A stretch of 64,000 bases of DNA from Eledone cirrhosa (Eukaryota): assembly GCA_964016885.1 (NCBI GenBank), contig OZ024740.1, forward strand, positions 386,198,001-386,262,000. Direction: 5' to 3'. This document shows, piece by piece, positions 15,001 through 27,848 of the stretch. Position numbers and translations under genes: made by a program. Positions within the stretch are counted from its first letter, which is position 1. Every line of letters begins with the position of its first letter. A model generated the notes under the pieces. It was not told the origin of the DNA and ran no database searches. It saw nothing but the letters and a program-made list of their open reading frames with translations.

Positions 15001-17475
15001 GGAGGGAACCATTGGAGAGAGTGGTACTATATAGACATCTGGTTAGAATGGGAGAGTAGGGAACCACTGCAGAGAGTGGTACTATATAGACATCTGGTTA
15101 GAATGGCAGAGGAGGGAAACACTGGAGAGAGTAGTACTACATAGACATCTGGATAGAATGGGAGAGGAGGGAACCACTGGAGAGAGTGGTACTATATAGA
15201 CATCTGGTTAGAATGGCAGTTGAGGGAACCACTGGAGAGAGTGGTACTACATAGACATCTGGTTAGAATGGCAGAGGAGGTAACCACTGGAGAGAGTGGT
15301 ACTATATATACATCCGGTTAGAATGGCAGTTGAGGGAACCACTGGAGAGAGTGGTACTACACAGACATCTGGTTAGAATGGGAGAGGAGGGAAGCACTGG
15401 AGTGAGTGGTACTATAGAGACATCTGGTTAGAATGGGAGAGTAGGGAACCACTGGAGAGAGTGGTACTATATAAACATCTGGTTAGAATGGCAGAGGAGG
15501 GACCCATTGGAGAGAGTGGTACTATATAGACATCTGGTTAGAATGGGAGAGTAGGGAACCACTGCAGAGAGTGGTACTATATAGACATCTGGTTAGAATG
15601 GGAGAGTAGGGAACCACTGCAGAGAGTGGTACTATATAGACATCTGGTTAGAATGGCAGAGGAGGGAAACACTGGAGAGAGTAGTACTACATAGACATCT
15701 GGATAGAATGGGAGAGGAGGGAACCACTGGAGAGAGTGGTACTATATAGACATCTGGTTAGAATGGCAGTTGAGGGAACCACTGGAGAGAGTGGTACTAC
15801 ATAGACATCTGGTTAGAATGGCAGAGGAGGTAACCACTGGAGAGAGTGGTACTATATTTACATCTGGTTAGAATGGCAGTTGAGGGAACCACTGGAGAGA
15901 GTGGTACTACACAGACATCTGGTTAGAATGGGAGAGGAGGGAAGCACTGGAGTGAGTGGTACTATAGAGACATCTGGTTAGAATGACAGAGGAGGGAACC
16001 ACTGGAGAGATTGGTACTACATAGACATCTAGTTACAATGGCAGAAGAGGGAACCACTGGAGAGATTGGTACTACATAGACATCTGGTTAGAATGGCAGA
16101 GGAGGGAACCACTGCAGAGAGTGGTACTATATACACATCTGGTTAGAATTGGAGAGGAGGAAACCACTGGAGAGAGTGGTACTATATAGACATCTGGTTA
16201 GGATGGGAGAGGAGGGAACCACTGGAGAGAGTAGTACTACATAGACATCTGATTAGAATGGTAGAAGAGGGAACCACTGGAGAGAGTAGTACTATATAGA
16301 CATCTGGTTAGAATGGCAGAGGAGGGACCCACTGGAGAGAGTGGTACTACATAGACATCTTGTTAGGATGGGAGAGGAGGGAACCACTGGAGAGAGTGGT
16401 ACTATATAGACATCTGGTTAGAATGGCAGAGGAACGAACCACTGGAGAGAGTGGTACTACACAGACATCTGGTTAGGATGGGAGAGGAGGGAACCACTGG
16501 AGAGAGTGGTAGTATATAGACATCTGGTTAGAATGGGAGAGGAGGGAACCACTGGAGAGAGTGGTACTATATAGACATCTTGTTAGCATGGGAGAGGAGG
16601 GAACCACTGGAGAGAGTGGTACTATATAGATATCTGGTTAGAATGGGAGAGGAGGGAACCACTGGAGAGAGTGGTACTACATAGACATCTGGTTAGCATG
16701 GGAGAGGAGGGAACCACTGGAGAGAGTGTTACTATATAGACATCTTGTTAGCATGGGAGAGGAGGGAACCACTGGAGAGAGTGGTACTACATAGACATCT
16801 TGTTAGCATGGGAGAGGAGGGAACCACTGGAGAGAGTAGTACTATATAGACATCTTGTTAGAATGGGAGAGGAGGGAACCACTTGAGAGAGTGGTACTAT
16901 ATAGACATCTGGTTAGAATGGGAGAGGAGTGAACCACTGGAGAGAGTGATACTACATAGACATCGGGTTAGAATGGCAGAGGAGGCAACCACTTGATAGA
17001 GTGGTACTACACAGACATCTGGTTAGAATGGCAGAGGAGGCAACCACTGGAGAGAATGGTACTATATAGACATCTGGTTAGAATGGCAGAGGAGGGAACC
17101 ACTGGAGAGAGTGGTACTACACAGACATCTGGTTAGAATGGCAGATGAGGGAACCACTGGAAAGATTGGTAATATATAGACATCTGGTTAGAATGAGAGA
17201 GGAGGGAACCACTGGAGAGAGTGGTACTACATAGACATCTGGTTAGAATGGCAGAGGAGGGAACCACTGGAGAGAGTGGTACTACACAGACATCTGGTTA
17301 GAATGGCAGATGAGGGAACCACTGGAAAGATTGGTAATATATAGACATCTGGTTAGAATGAGAGAGGAGGGAACCACTTGAGAGAGTGGTACTACATAGA
17401 CATCTGGTTAGAATGGCAGAGGAGGGAACCACTGGAGAGAGTGGTACTATATAGTCATCTGCTTAGAATGGCAGA
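1..17475. repeat. 55-bp tandem satellite, about 318 monomers, open at the window's left edge
   Basis: Monomer AACCACTGGAGAGAGTGGTACTAYATAGACATCTGGTTAGAATGGSAGAGGAGGG recurs at 1, 56, 111... and ends at ...GCTTAGAATGGCAGA (~17475). Occasional 54-bp variants shift the phase. Confidence 0.99.
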
Positions 17476-17518
17476 ATATGTATGTATATATGTATACGTA
17501 TATATGTATATATATGTG

Positions 17519-17578
<60 letters not shown>
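17476..17578. repeat. (TA)n/(CA)n microsatellite at the satellite boundary
   Basis: Read directly from the sequence. Confidence 0.95.
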
Positions 17579-17579
<1 letters not shown>

Positions 17580-17720
17580 TAACACAGAATAATAAAAAAA
17601 CTCAGGAAGAAATACCGCAAAGCATTCTATCCGACGTTCCAACGCCGCCTACATGGAGTAATAGGAAATATTTGTGAATGTATTGTTATTTTCGAAACTG
17701 TTTATTGATATGTTAATAAT

Positions 17721-17907
17721 TGTTTCTACTTTTGGCACAAGGCCAGTAATTACTCCAGTGTATTATCGGTACTTTATTTTATCGACCCCGTAAGGATGAA
17801 AGGCAAAGTTAACCTCGGCGAGAGTTGAACTCAGACAGTAAAGGGCCGTAACTCTTTGCTGCAAAACATGGCGTCCGAGTCTCTACCAATACTGCCAACC
17901 CACCGCC
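17721..17907 (-). mobile_element. Full-length tRNA-derived SINE with a 15-bp target-site duplication
   Basis: Minus strand begins GGCGGTGGGTTGGCAGTATTGGTAG (A-box-like), has GAGTTCAACTC (B-box-like) and the core GCCTTTCATCCTTACGGGGTCGATAAAAT. Flanked by TGATATGTTAATAAT at 17706-17720 and 17908-17922. Confidence 0.9.
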
Positions 17908-19339
17908 TGATATGTTAATAATGTCGATCCAATAAGGGATCCTCAATTGTGATACATTGGACCTGCTATTTTAGAAAAGGCAAGTACATCGTATTATGTA
18001 TATAGGAAAAAAGACAGTAAATCACATAACACTGTTACACCTTTGATATTAAAACGCTTTTGATCCTATTTGCTTGGTCATGACTAATCCAGATTTCAAG
18101 TTACCTCTCGGTAATCTAAAATCGCTTTCATATTACCCCCGAGGTTTAGCTGAACTTTATTTCAAATTTCCCCAGCCCTGTTCATAATTCTTCCTTCTTT
18201 TGTTTAACTAAAATTATATACTCTAATGCTTACAACTTATGATACGTTCAACGTGTAAAACATTACACATACAAGATTTTCTATATATATTTCTATATAC
18301 AAAGAAATGTAGAAACATAAAAAAATAGATGAAGAAAAAAGAACGGAATGTAAAATAATAAAGTATAAAAACGGAAAAGGAAGGTAAAGGCAAGGGCTCT
18401 AGCGTCACAGAAGAATTGGGAGGGAAAAGGGGAGAGTCATGTGCCTAGTGCGCGGTGCCCTGCGGACAATGGCCAGCGACACCCATTGCACTCGGAATGT
18501 TTTGTTTTTATTAAATCTCACAAAGGTTGATTTAAAATCCTGCACCTTTATCATTTTTATTGTACCTTTTCAAAAAGCGCTCTTTAGATTTTTATGTTTT
18601 GAACATCGGCATATGATGAAATTATCTTCAAGCAATCCTTGGTGATATGTAAGTTCGTCAGAACTGGTAACCTGGAAGGACATCAAATGCAAGTCAATCG
18701 GCACACGCATCGAATCGTCCTTGAGTCAACACCATCTCGTCTGGTTCCGTTTTGTTTTGCAGCGGGACACATTTCGGTGCCTGCCTCGTCAACCAGCATC
18801 CCTCCTGATGATGAGTGTACCCGCATTTGGAGCGACTGTGCGCCTTGGCCGCCATGTGTGTGAGCCCACACAATACTGGTGGGGCCACGGTTAACGTGTT
18901 CGAACTACACCCGCTCTCCTGTCGCCAGTGAAGATCTGTTTTTACTGCAAACATGTAATCTAATTGAAATATGTTGAATAATATTATTCTAGTAAAACTT
19001 TACTGTCTATCTGAACGATGTAACGACCTGGTCTATCTTATGTATATTTGAAGCCCCTGGGCAAAGTAATACACTAGGATTCATAATCCTCTCGCAACCA
19101 GCACATTGGAATTAACCGTTTCAATTAAGAAATTCGCAGAGAATTGTTTTATAATTGTTTGAAAGTCTATGCTTTAGATGTAGCTTTCTATGCAAACGAA
19201 GGAAAATAAATTAAACAACACGAACCAGAATGTATACTTTCCAAATTGAACCTTGGGGTCCAGTGAACTCCTACAATCGCATGGGCTCCAAGTAATTGTC
19301 ATGTGCATCTATGCAATAAGACGGCTTTGGCAACTACCT

Positions 19340-19870
19340 CAACTAAGGAACTGCCTGAGCATCGATTTTATAAGTAGCTATCGGCACTTAAATTACTGTA
19401 TTCTTTTAAACCCAAAGTTACGATTGAGGTGACTGTTTATATCTATCTCTGGTACTCTCCAGAAAGCCTCTTAGTAAAGACAATGATCTTGTGGCTAAAT
19501 GATAGAGGAAGCATTAGTATTAAGTTACCTTTAACGTAGCTGCTATTGTGATCTAAGAACCAACATACTTTGTCAAAAAGTACCCGTTCAAATAAAGCAG
19601 CAATCACAAGTAATAGACAGTTACCGCTCCCTAGCCAAGACCTAAATCGAATGAAACAAGGCAACTTATCCTGGCAGTAATACCAGCGGTAAAGCACAGC
19701 TGGATGAGAAGATCGAGAAAAGAAAGACGAACGTAATTATTTGGAGAGCTCCAAAAAGGTTTCGGTGCTGCTTTCATGTGACATACTACATCAGATCTCA
19801 ACTTTACGCAAGAAGTTTGATCTAGTGTGGAATAATTGACATGGCATGGGATGCAGGTATAAAACTTCAT
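19340..19870 (+). mobile_element. Possible very old RTE-type LINE 3' remnant
   Basis: Only fragmentary translations (HSWMRR, NVIIWRAPKRFR) resemble RTE ORF C-termini (AGHCWR...DVILWEP). Heavily decayed. Confidence 0.3.
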
Positions 19871-20651
19871 GCCTACATAATTTCAGATTAATCATGAACT
19901 TACTCTGGTTTGATTTATTAAATTATTCAAAGATAACTAAACTTGCCAACAAGGAAAATGTCTTCACTTGAGCGATTATATAAAAAGAATAGAATCTCAT
20001 CGCTCGCAACTCTAATAACTGTTTTATTCCACTCAAGAGAATAATGAAACAGAACATTATCAAGTAACAGAAATTAAACTATAAGTTGGAGATATCACTT
20101 AGTATATTGCATAAACTAAGAATTGCTTCACAGTGATTGTTGTGCACCACTTTCAGAATTATCGTAGTGTGATCTGTAAAATATGGCCAGGGTGTATCAC
20201 TTGACTATGGATCCCCTCCCCCGACCAATTTGCAATTAGAAATCGTGGAAAGGTAGACAGACAACTAGCATCGGCTTCATTTAGCAATGGACCGAAAACT
20301 TGAATAGATGAACTATAATATACACGTACAGAAATATGTTTTGACCTTTTATGGCATTGAAATTTTATCGGGGTGAGTTATAAGGAAAAAACACAAGAAT
20401 CATTAGTGAATTTTTAAGTGGGTCTGTAAATAAAGGCAGTACCTCTATGAAAAATTGTCCCGATAGAAATAGTTTGAATATTCCTGTAATCGCTTCTACT
20501 TTCAAATAAAATGAAGAACATATTGAATAAAACACACTCTCCTTAAACAAAAATAAAAGGTTGGCTGCGACTAATGTACCTTTGATCATAACTCTACTCA
20601 ACCAAAGTTAACCTGGCTTAAACGACAATTGATTTCTACGAATAAATAAAT

Positions 20652-21100
20652 AGGGGAGGGGAAGGTCGATTAAATCGACCCCAGTGCATTACTGGTGCTT
20701 TATTTTATCGACTCCGTGAGGATGAAAGGCAAAGCTAACCTCAGTGGGATTTGATTTTCTACAGATAAATAATGGTTTCTGATTTAGGCACAAGACCAAC
20801 ATTTTTGGAGGAAAAGAAAGTCCATTAGATCGACTCCAGTGCTTTACTGGTATTTTATTTTATCGTAAATGATGAAAGACAAAGCTAATCTCGGTAGGAT
20901 TTGAACTGAGAACGTAAAGGGCTGTAACAATATGCCGCAAAGCATGTCCGATGCTCTATTGATTCTGCAAATCCATCGCCCTTATTTCCACAAATAAATA
21001 GTAGTTTCTAATTTTAGACACAAGGCCAACAATTTGGGGGGAGAGGAAAGTCGATTAAATTGACCCCAGTGCATTACTGATCTTACCGATACTGCCAATC
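20652..21100 (-). mobile_element. Three stacked, partly truncated copies of the tRNA-SINE family
   Basis: Repeated CGACCCCAGTGCATTACTGG, GGATGAAAGGCAAAG and GCACAAGGCCA motifs at ~20652-20753, ~20770-20980 and ~21000-21100. Confidence 0.85.
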
Positions 21101-21764
21101 TAATGAAACACAAATGGCTTCAAACAGTCAAGAAAAGGACCCAAATTCTGAATAGGATGTTCATCTATCGAAACATTTGTCACGAGAGAAATTGAACTGT
21201 GATCTAATAAATCACTCGTCAATTTCACAATAGTCACCTGACGGCACCTATTTGAAAATAGATTAGGATATTGAGGATTGAGTTTGTTGAAAATTTTCAC
21301 ATCGTAGATCAAGTAACCGAATACGTACTACCAACAGCTTGACTGTGTTTCTGATACCACATCGAATCTAAATAAAAACAACACATCTAATATTAAACGT
21401 TGTTACATTCCCAATCATACTAAAACAGTATATTTGTTACAAAAATATCGTATAATACAAGTTATACTTACATTTTATCACGATTTTAGAGACAGGAGGT
21501 AATGTTTTAGCTTGAATATTTGACGTATATATTGTATAAACTATCGTATCAAAGACAGAAAAATTCGTACACAAACGAGCCACTGAGAGACAAAACTATA
21601 TATATATACATGTATAAATAACTTTCGTTTTTATGTTTATTTTTTTGCACATATATTAAGGTAACTTTCCCGTACCTCACACTATCGTATCATTAAAATA
21701 AAAGCTCAAAAGCATTAAAATCACTACAAAAGTTAAGCATCATAATTTGATTGATTTTATTTTT

Positions 21765-21956
21765 TAGCCTCACGTCAGTCTTTTCAAGCTGAATTATGAT
21801 CAATGATTTTTCTGTCTTTACTATTCTATCTTTTTGTATATCTGATGCTGCATTACCCAATGTATCTTTCCTTTATTTAAGACAGTATGGTGCGATATGA
21901 AGGAGATTTAGCCTGTCATTTTTATCAGGGTGGGAGACCATGTAGGGGTTTACCCC
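21765..21956. mobile_element. Decayed ~200-bp interspersed repeat (same family as 26765-26972, 27088-27292, 17930-18100, 56657-56840)
   Basis: Shared TATGATCAA...CCAATGT...AAGACAGTA...GGAGATTTAGC...CCATGTAGGGG motif order. Confidence 0.65.
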
Positions 21957-22327
21957 CATTGACTGATCTCTTATGGCAAGCCTAAATTGCTGAAAATGCA
22001 TAATAAAATAACGGTTCCTCCTTAAAGTCAGGAAATACTTTAGCCCCGATGAAGTTTTAACACTACAGAGCATAAGTAAGATCACATTGGAGTACCGTTT
22101 ACATTTAAAGGGTGGTACTACTGCTACATACAGAAACATCCTTGAGCGACGAAGGTCGTTCGCAACGATCCAGTCAACAGAATTCATTCACTAATTTAAC
22201 GACATATTGCTTCTTTTTGCCATCATTTTTTTACAACCACTAAAACCACTTCAGCTCTGCTGAACTATATATAAAGCCTGGTTTTTCCCTGAATCACATT
22301 ATACAGGTTGACTGATAAAATGGCAAG

Positions 22328-22555
22328 TCAGTCAATCATATTGGTGGCCTCCCCACATCCCCAGCGGACAGAATGGAGAAGGCGTTTCCCCGGAGGACGG
22401 CAAGAGAGACGCACTGGAAGAACCATTCCAACTCGCGAGGCTCACAACTGTGGCTGGCCAACTCAGCGCCTATGGTGGTGAGTAGGGAGGTAGCCCTAAG
22501 GCACCAGAAGTCTCCACTGCCAAGGGCACGGCCGCAAACCTGTCGGAGAGCGAAC
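22328..22555 (+). mobile_element. Repeat fragment homologous to 28100-28261 (minus); probably the 5'/ORF1 start of a Tx1-like LINE
   Basis: CGGACAGAATGGAGAA...GAGACGC...CATTCCAACTCGC...GCTCAC...CCAACTC...AGAAGTCTCCACTG aligns colinearly with the reverse complement of 28100-28261. The Tx1 assignment is inference. Confidence 0.55.
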
Positions 22556-23269
22556 GGTACATGTATACTTTATTCACCCAGACACATCCGTCTTGCGACT
22601 TCTCTAACTGTGTATCACTTTCGCGATCAAGCATTGAACCAGTTATCGAATCCTTTCTTAATGGAACAACAATCTTCTAGAACACTCTCACCACTCACCT
22701 TTATCCCGTGCAGATATCGACCAACAGATGTTCAAACAAAATTAATCGCCTCGACTACACCAGTCCCTGAAAATTCCCTTCGCCCACCTTCTCTAATAGC
22801 TTAAACAAACAAAATTATTAATAAACATTTTCTTTGATTTATATTCTCTTGTATTTACGTTCTACTGTTCACTTAGTTTTATTTGAAAAATAAACAAGGC
22901 AGGCAAAATCAAGACAATTACAACATCTGCTGTATTAGGATCAAGAGAGTCTGACATGACAGGAAACCATCTGTTTCCGGATTTAAAAAAATATATCAGA
23001 GCAGAAATAGTTGTTGTACATGTCCGCTTTTCTTATGTAGCTGACAAATAGTTGAGATATATGATGAAATTAAATAGAGTAAAAAGAAAAAAAAAACGTA
23101 TTAAAATACTTCAATGTATCCAATATCTTATATTATTTGTTTGTCTGTTTTTAAAGTATTTCAATACTAATTGTTGTGGTTGAAGCTGTATGCATATATT
23201 AAGCATTTGACTGGCTTGATTTTAACATATCAGCACTATTAATTATAACCATCATCATTTCTTGAATTT

Positions 23270-25810
23270 TCCACCAGAGGGAACATTTCAAAGACAAATC
23301 ACAAAAACTGTGAGGCTTTAAACAGAATCAATTATAAAAAAAAGTAAGCATGGAAAAATAACTATGGAAAAAGGAGTGGAACGCGCCGTACCAATGAGAG
23401 GACAGTCACCTCGGACTAATCTATGAACTTCACAGATTACTCGTTTTCTTATCCATTCACCCATACTATTCTCGCCACTTTAGCTCATCTTTTAACAAAT
23501 TCACTGAATGACAGGACCACTTATCTACTTTCATATCTATGTGGAAATTCAAGTTAAAAGTGAAGAAAGTGTGTCATCAGTCATTTCAATCTTGTCCATT
23601 ATATATATTGTGTCATTGTCACCAGAACGAGGGAAACTGCTTGCACTTCCCAAATAAAGAAAGGCAGTGATGCGATCGTTATAATGGATTCGGCGCATTA
23701 CCGTATCCGTCCTACATGCGATAACAGATGTCCAAGGTAATTCCACAAGTCAGTAATGCTCGGACAATAGATTCGCCGCTTTACGGCCATTTTGGAAGGC
23801 CCATCTGATGGCATTTCCGTGCCTGCAAAGTTTATACCGAATCATCTAGTCCTGGAAACTCTGAAAGTTCTTCAATTGATTTTCATCGATACCTAGAATC
23901 TCCCTCCAAACGCCGCAACTCTGTTCTACTATTAATTTTATAAGGATTGCAAGAGTTAACCTAACTTTGACTATACAGTCCGAGCGATAGAGAATTGTGA
24001 GCGCTAGACAGTATTCCGAATGCTACACATTTAATTTGGGTTTCATTTTGATCCAGGATTACGGCTCTATTAAAGCTACACTTAAAACACGATGACCACA
24101 ATGGTTTCCCGCTCTGGAAACTATGCGCATTATCAACAACGACATACCAAACTTTCTTTACAAGGTGTTGACAGCAGATGATCCTTCTGGGCAGTAGCAT
24201 GCGTCCCTTTCGCTGGAGGCAAAATAGTAAATGTTCCAATATGGTCAAATGAAAGGAAAAACAGAGCATGGCCAGGCGGTAATAAATTAGAAACACGATG
24301 TGTGAATTCACCACCCCCTGAACGATTTTTCTCAACCCATACCTGGGTGGGTGTGACCATTCTACTCATAACTTGGCCCCAGTCGCTATCCATCTGTAGA
24401 CCTACTTAAAAAAAAGACACCAATGTTGACTGGGCCATTAGTCTAGCATCTCATGACGCTAACCGCACGAACTCTTCAGGTTCCGAGCTGCAAGCCCACT
24501 AGCTTGTCTTAATGCCTCGTATTTCTTTAGTGTGGAACAGTCCACCTTGATTTATGTCCGACACTATGACGAGGACCGTTCATTTATGCCAACCCGGCTT
24601 TTTAGCTTTCAGTTCAATCGACAAACACCTCAACATCTTTAGCTTTCGAAGCAATAAACCTAAAGCCCTAACATACAAAAGTGAAAAAAAGGGAACACAT
24701 TCGGTGAGCATGAGAATCAAAGGGGCTCCGATAGTTGGCCCTTTACTCTCATCACCGAGTGGATGCCGACATGCATTGAAACGATACAACATCTGAAAAC
24801 GATCCCGAAACCGGCTGCAGTGACATCCACAAAGTACTGTGGCCAACTCTGTCAAAATATTCAGATTGGTGCAAATGGATGAGAGCTATATCGAAACTGG
24901 GTTTATTACTCACCCTATATGCAATATGTTGCATGAGGTGGGGACTGATGTACATAAATCTGATAGGAATTACATACGTCTTCGTGCACCCAACCAACAA
25001 CAAACCCGAACGTCATTGAGAACACCTTGGCCAGAATCTCAATTCTCTAAATATAGCAGAATTATGAGCTAAAACTGATTTGCCCTCTTCCTCACCATCA
25101 GTCTTCAACTAACACAGCTGAGAATGCTTCCACTTTCGATATACGTCTCTGAAGGTGGGGCAAACAAGTCTGGCGTACCTGTAAAGCTTGTAGAACAAAC
25201 TAATAATTTTCTCCTAGCACAATCACACAACTAACCGTTTCTTACCTGCTATTATCAGTTTTTCGCAACATTACATTCTCTACCAAGAAACACGACAAAC
25301 TGTCTAGGTAAGCACTTATAGCCACAGCTTCTGGTTTACCACTTCCCTCAAACAGTCTGGAATCTGGTCTACCACTTCTCTCAAACAGTCTAGAAAAGTG
25401 CTACTAGAAAACTGTTCATATCAGCCTAAAATCGATTTGCATGTGTCCATTGTGGTCCATCAAAGACGGAATGATGGCATAGTTTCCACGTCGGATCTCC
25501 CAGAACCTTCAAATGACTTCCGCTCCTTCGTATTTAAGAGCGCACTTATAGCTGATAATGCAACAGTTTTCCAAAGAGATGATCAAGCGCTACTTTACCT
25601 ATAGCACGTCGATTGCTGTTCTTTTTCTCAATCATCTCTTCTAGCTACCCTAATCAATCATTTTATATCATTAATTATTTGATATATCATATGAATTTTA
25701 CTCTAGTTACTCTTTGGCGAGGCTTGTTATTGAGGATCGTGTCCGTCAACTGCAGCTCAACTAGTTCGTTAATCCTGTCTCTGTAAGCCTTTTGCACCAG
25801 CCTAAGTCAA
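23270..25810 (-). mobile_element. Decayed Tx1/L1-clade LINE ORF2 (linker, reverse transcriptase, C-terminal region)
   Basis: Frameshifted pieces in the correct order: AYRDRINELV (25.78k), ALKYEGAEV..RRGNYAIIPSLMDHNG (25.5k), ALIHLHQSEYFDRVGH (cf. LDQEKAFDRVDH), FFSLLYVRALGLLLRKL (cf. LSPLLYVLALEPLL), LQMDSDWGQVMSRM, IYYRL...RRIICCQH. Confidence 0.85.
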
Positions 25811-26764
25811 AGTCTCACGTACGCGACAGAAAGATTTTCATGACTAATATTTTTCTGAAACATGGTAACTTGTTCGTTTTGATAATATTTATACTATGCA
25901 ATGTACCCATAAAATACAATAAGATGGAAAAAAAAAGGAATTTATCAATGGGAAAACAGAAGAAAGGCAATTTACCAAAAGTAAAAACGGAATTAGGGAA
26001 AATGTGTCCCCCTTCACATATCCCACTTACTATCATATGTGTAATAATTTTGATGAAAAAAATAGTAGCCTATCAGCTGTATTGCATAGTAACATTACAA
26101 CTAGGGGAAAACAGTTCACCTCCACCTCATTTCACTTTTGGCCCACTGTGACCAAAGTAAGAAATTATTTAAATTATTTCCAAATAGTCCTTAACCAGAT
26201 GACCATATTTAAAGGAGCAACTCTACTGTTTTATTCCTGTATACATACAGGCCAGTAGTATTTCTAACCGATGCAGCTACATAAATATCATTTTTGATTT
26301 TTACGAAAAATAACTCATGGGGTATAAAAAGTAAAATACAAGTAAAAAAAATATTAGTAAGACTGGAGCTTAATCAAATTAAACTAGCTTACTTCTCATT
26401 GGCTCATATTGTGGTCAGACTCATTGATTTCGACTGAATAGTTTTATAATATCCATAACTCGTGTGAATATAGAGGAAGCGATCAATTTTATTTCGTCAA
26501 GCGACGCTTAAAGATAATAGTAGCAGTTATCGAAGTCTAAAACGAGGGTGCTTTTAGACGCGTATCTAAATTAACATTAACCTATGTGTTCTTTTTCAGG
26601 ACCGGCACTGACAGTTTACCTCTCGGCAATTCCGTGGGGTTTTTCATCTTCAAGAACAAAAAGATCGAGATTGTAATTCCATTCATATTTAGTCACTTAT
26701 CCCTTCTTTCCAGACTAACTATAATCTAACCTAGATTAAATTAGTGCAAAACTTGGCAATGATA

Positions 26765-27292
26765 TTGCTTAGTTAGAGGCCAGCGCTGATTCAGTAAACA
26801 TATGATCAAAGGTGTTACCACCACGAACATCCTGTCTATTTTTTTCAGACTCAATGTGTAAGGGTCTAGTCCAATATGCCATTCTTTTTTCTACGACAGT
26901 AGTGTGCATTTTGAGAGAAATTTGGCTGCTTTTTTTAGAAAGTCGAACGATTGTGTAGAGGCTCCCTCGTTAACCATGTTATTCAATTGTTTCACAGTTT
27001 AACTTGACTAGATCTAGATATTTAGACAATCCGAGAAGCTGCAATAATGGCAAACTGAGACTGGCTTGGCCACCCTTGGAGTAAACAAACCAATGCGGGA
27101 ACTCCATCACGTCACTTGACCTGCTAAAAATAACAGGCAAATTCCTCTCAATTTACAATCAACCGTTTTTTTTTAAGGAAAGAAAACATTAGATAGTATA
27201 GTCAAACAAACCTCTAAAAGGACGTGATGGTCATAGTTAGATTGACCATAGTCCTGCTGGATGAAGATCGGCGTGGAGTTAACCAACAAAAA
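26765..27292. mobile_element. Two decayed copies of the ~200-bp interspersed repeat in opposite orientation (26765-26972, 27088-27292)
   Basis: TTTGAGAGAAATTTGGCTGCTTTTTTTAG..AGTCGA versus TTGACCTGCTAAAAATAACAGGCAAATTCCTCTCAA are reverse-complement matches. Confidence 0.7.
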
Positions 27293-27712
27293 GAACAGCC
27301 ATTGGGAAAATGGAGGGAGCAGTTTTATGCATTATATTTCCTATCTATGAACGTACGCAGGACAATTTGCACAATAAGTTTGATTTGATTTGAATATGTC
27401 CAGTAAAATACCTCATTCACTTGCACTAGATACATACGGCGGCAACTGAGTAGATTATTCAACAGTATGTTTTTTTTTTTTTCCGGGGTTTCTGAAATTG
27501 TTGGCAAGAAGTTATCCTCTATCTGAAAACCTGGCCCTATTGCTTACAATAAAGTGAACTCTGCTAAAGCCATTTAACGACCAGGTGACTGTTAAACAGG
27601 GCTACTGAGTAAGACTGCCATCCAAGAATTCAGAAGGCTAAGATGCAGAACAAATACCACAAGGCATCTAATCCCACTTTCTGATAATTCTGTCAATACA
27701 ACCACTCTGGGT

Positions 27713-27848
27713 TAATACTTTATTCTACTGACCCCCAAAAGGATGACAAAGTCGATTACGGCGGGATTTAAACTCAGAGTGCAGAAAACCGAAACACATA
27801 CTGAAAAGCATTTTGTCCTACTCTCTAAAGACTCTGCTAATTCGCCGC
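27713..27848 (-). mobile_element. Decayed tRNA-SINE copy
   Basis: TACTTTATT..GACCCCCAAAAGGATGACAAAGTCGATTACGGCGGGATTTAAACTCAG matches the SINE core. Confidence 0.75.

Noticed and set aside
1-17475. CRISPR-like array, or the repeated 61-67 aa ORFs as a gene family
   Set aside because: Monomers are contiguous with no unique spacers and there are no cas genes. The ORFs are chance frames, mostly where a 54-bp variant or point change postpones stops in a 55-bp unit.
17721-17907. tRNA gene
   Set aside because: The A/B-box-like motifs belong to a dispersed SINE with a TSD. No cloverleaf is evident.
22320-22520. Histone H3-like pseudogene (TATA box, ATGGCAAG, TAR..QL..SAP..VALR.QKS)
   Set aside because: No histone fold follows, and the same DNA has a homologue at 28100-28261 that lacks these residues. 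A repeat fragment explains it better.
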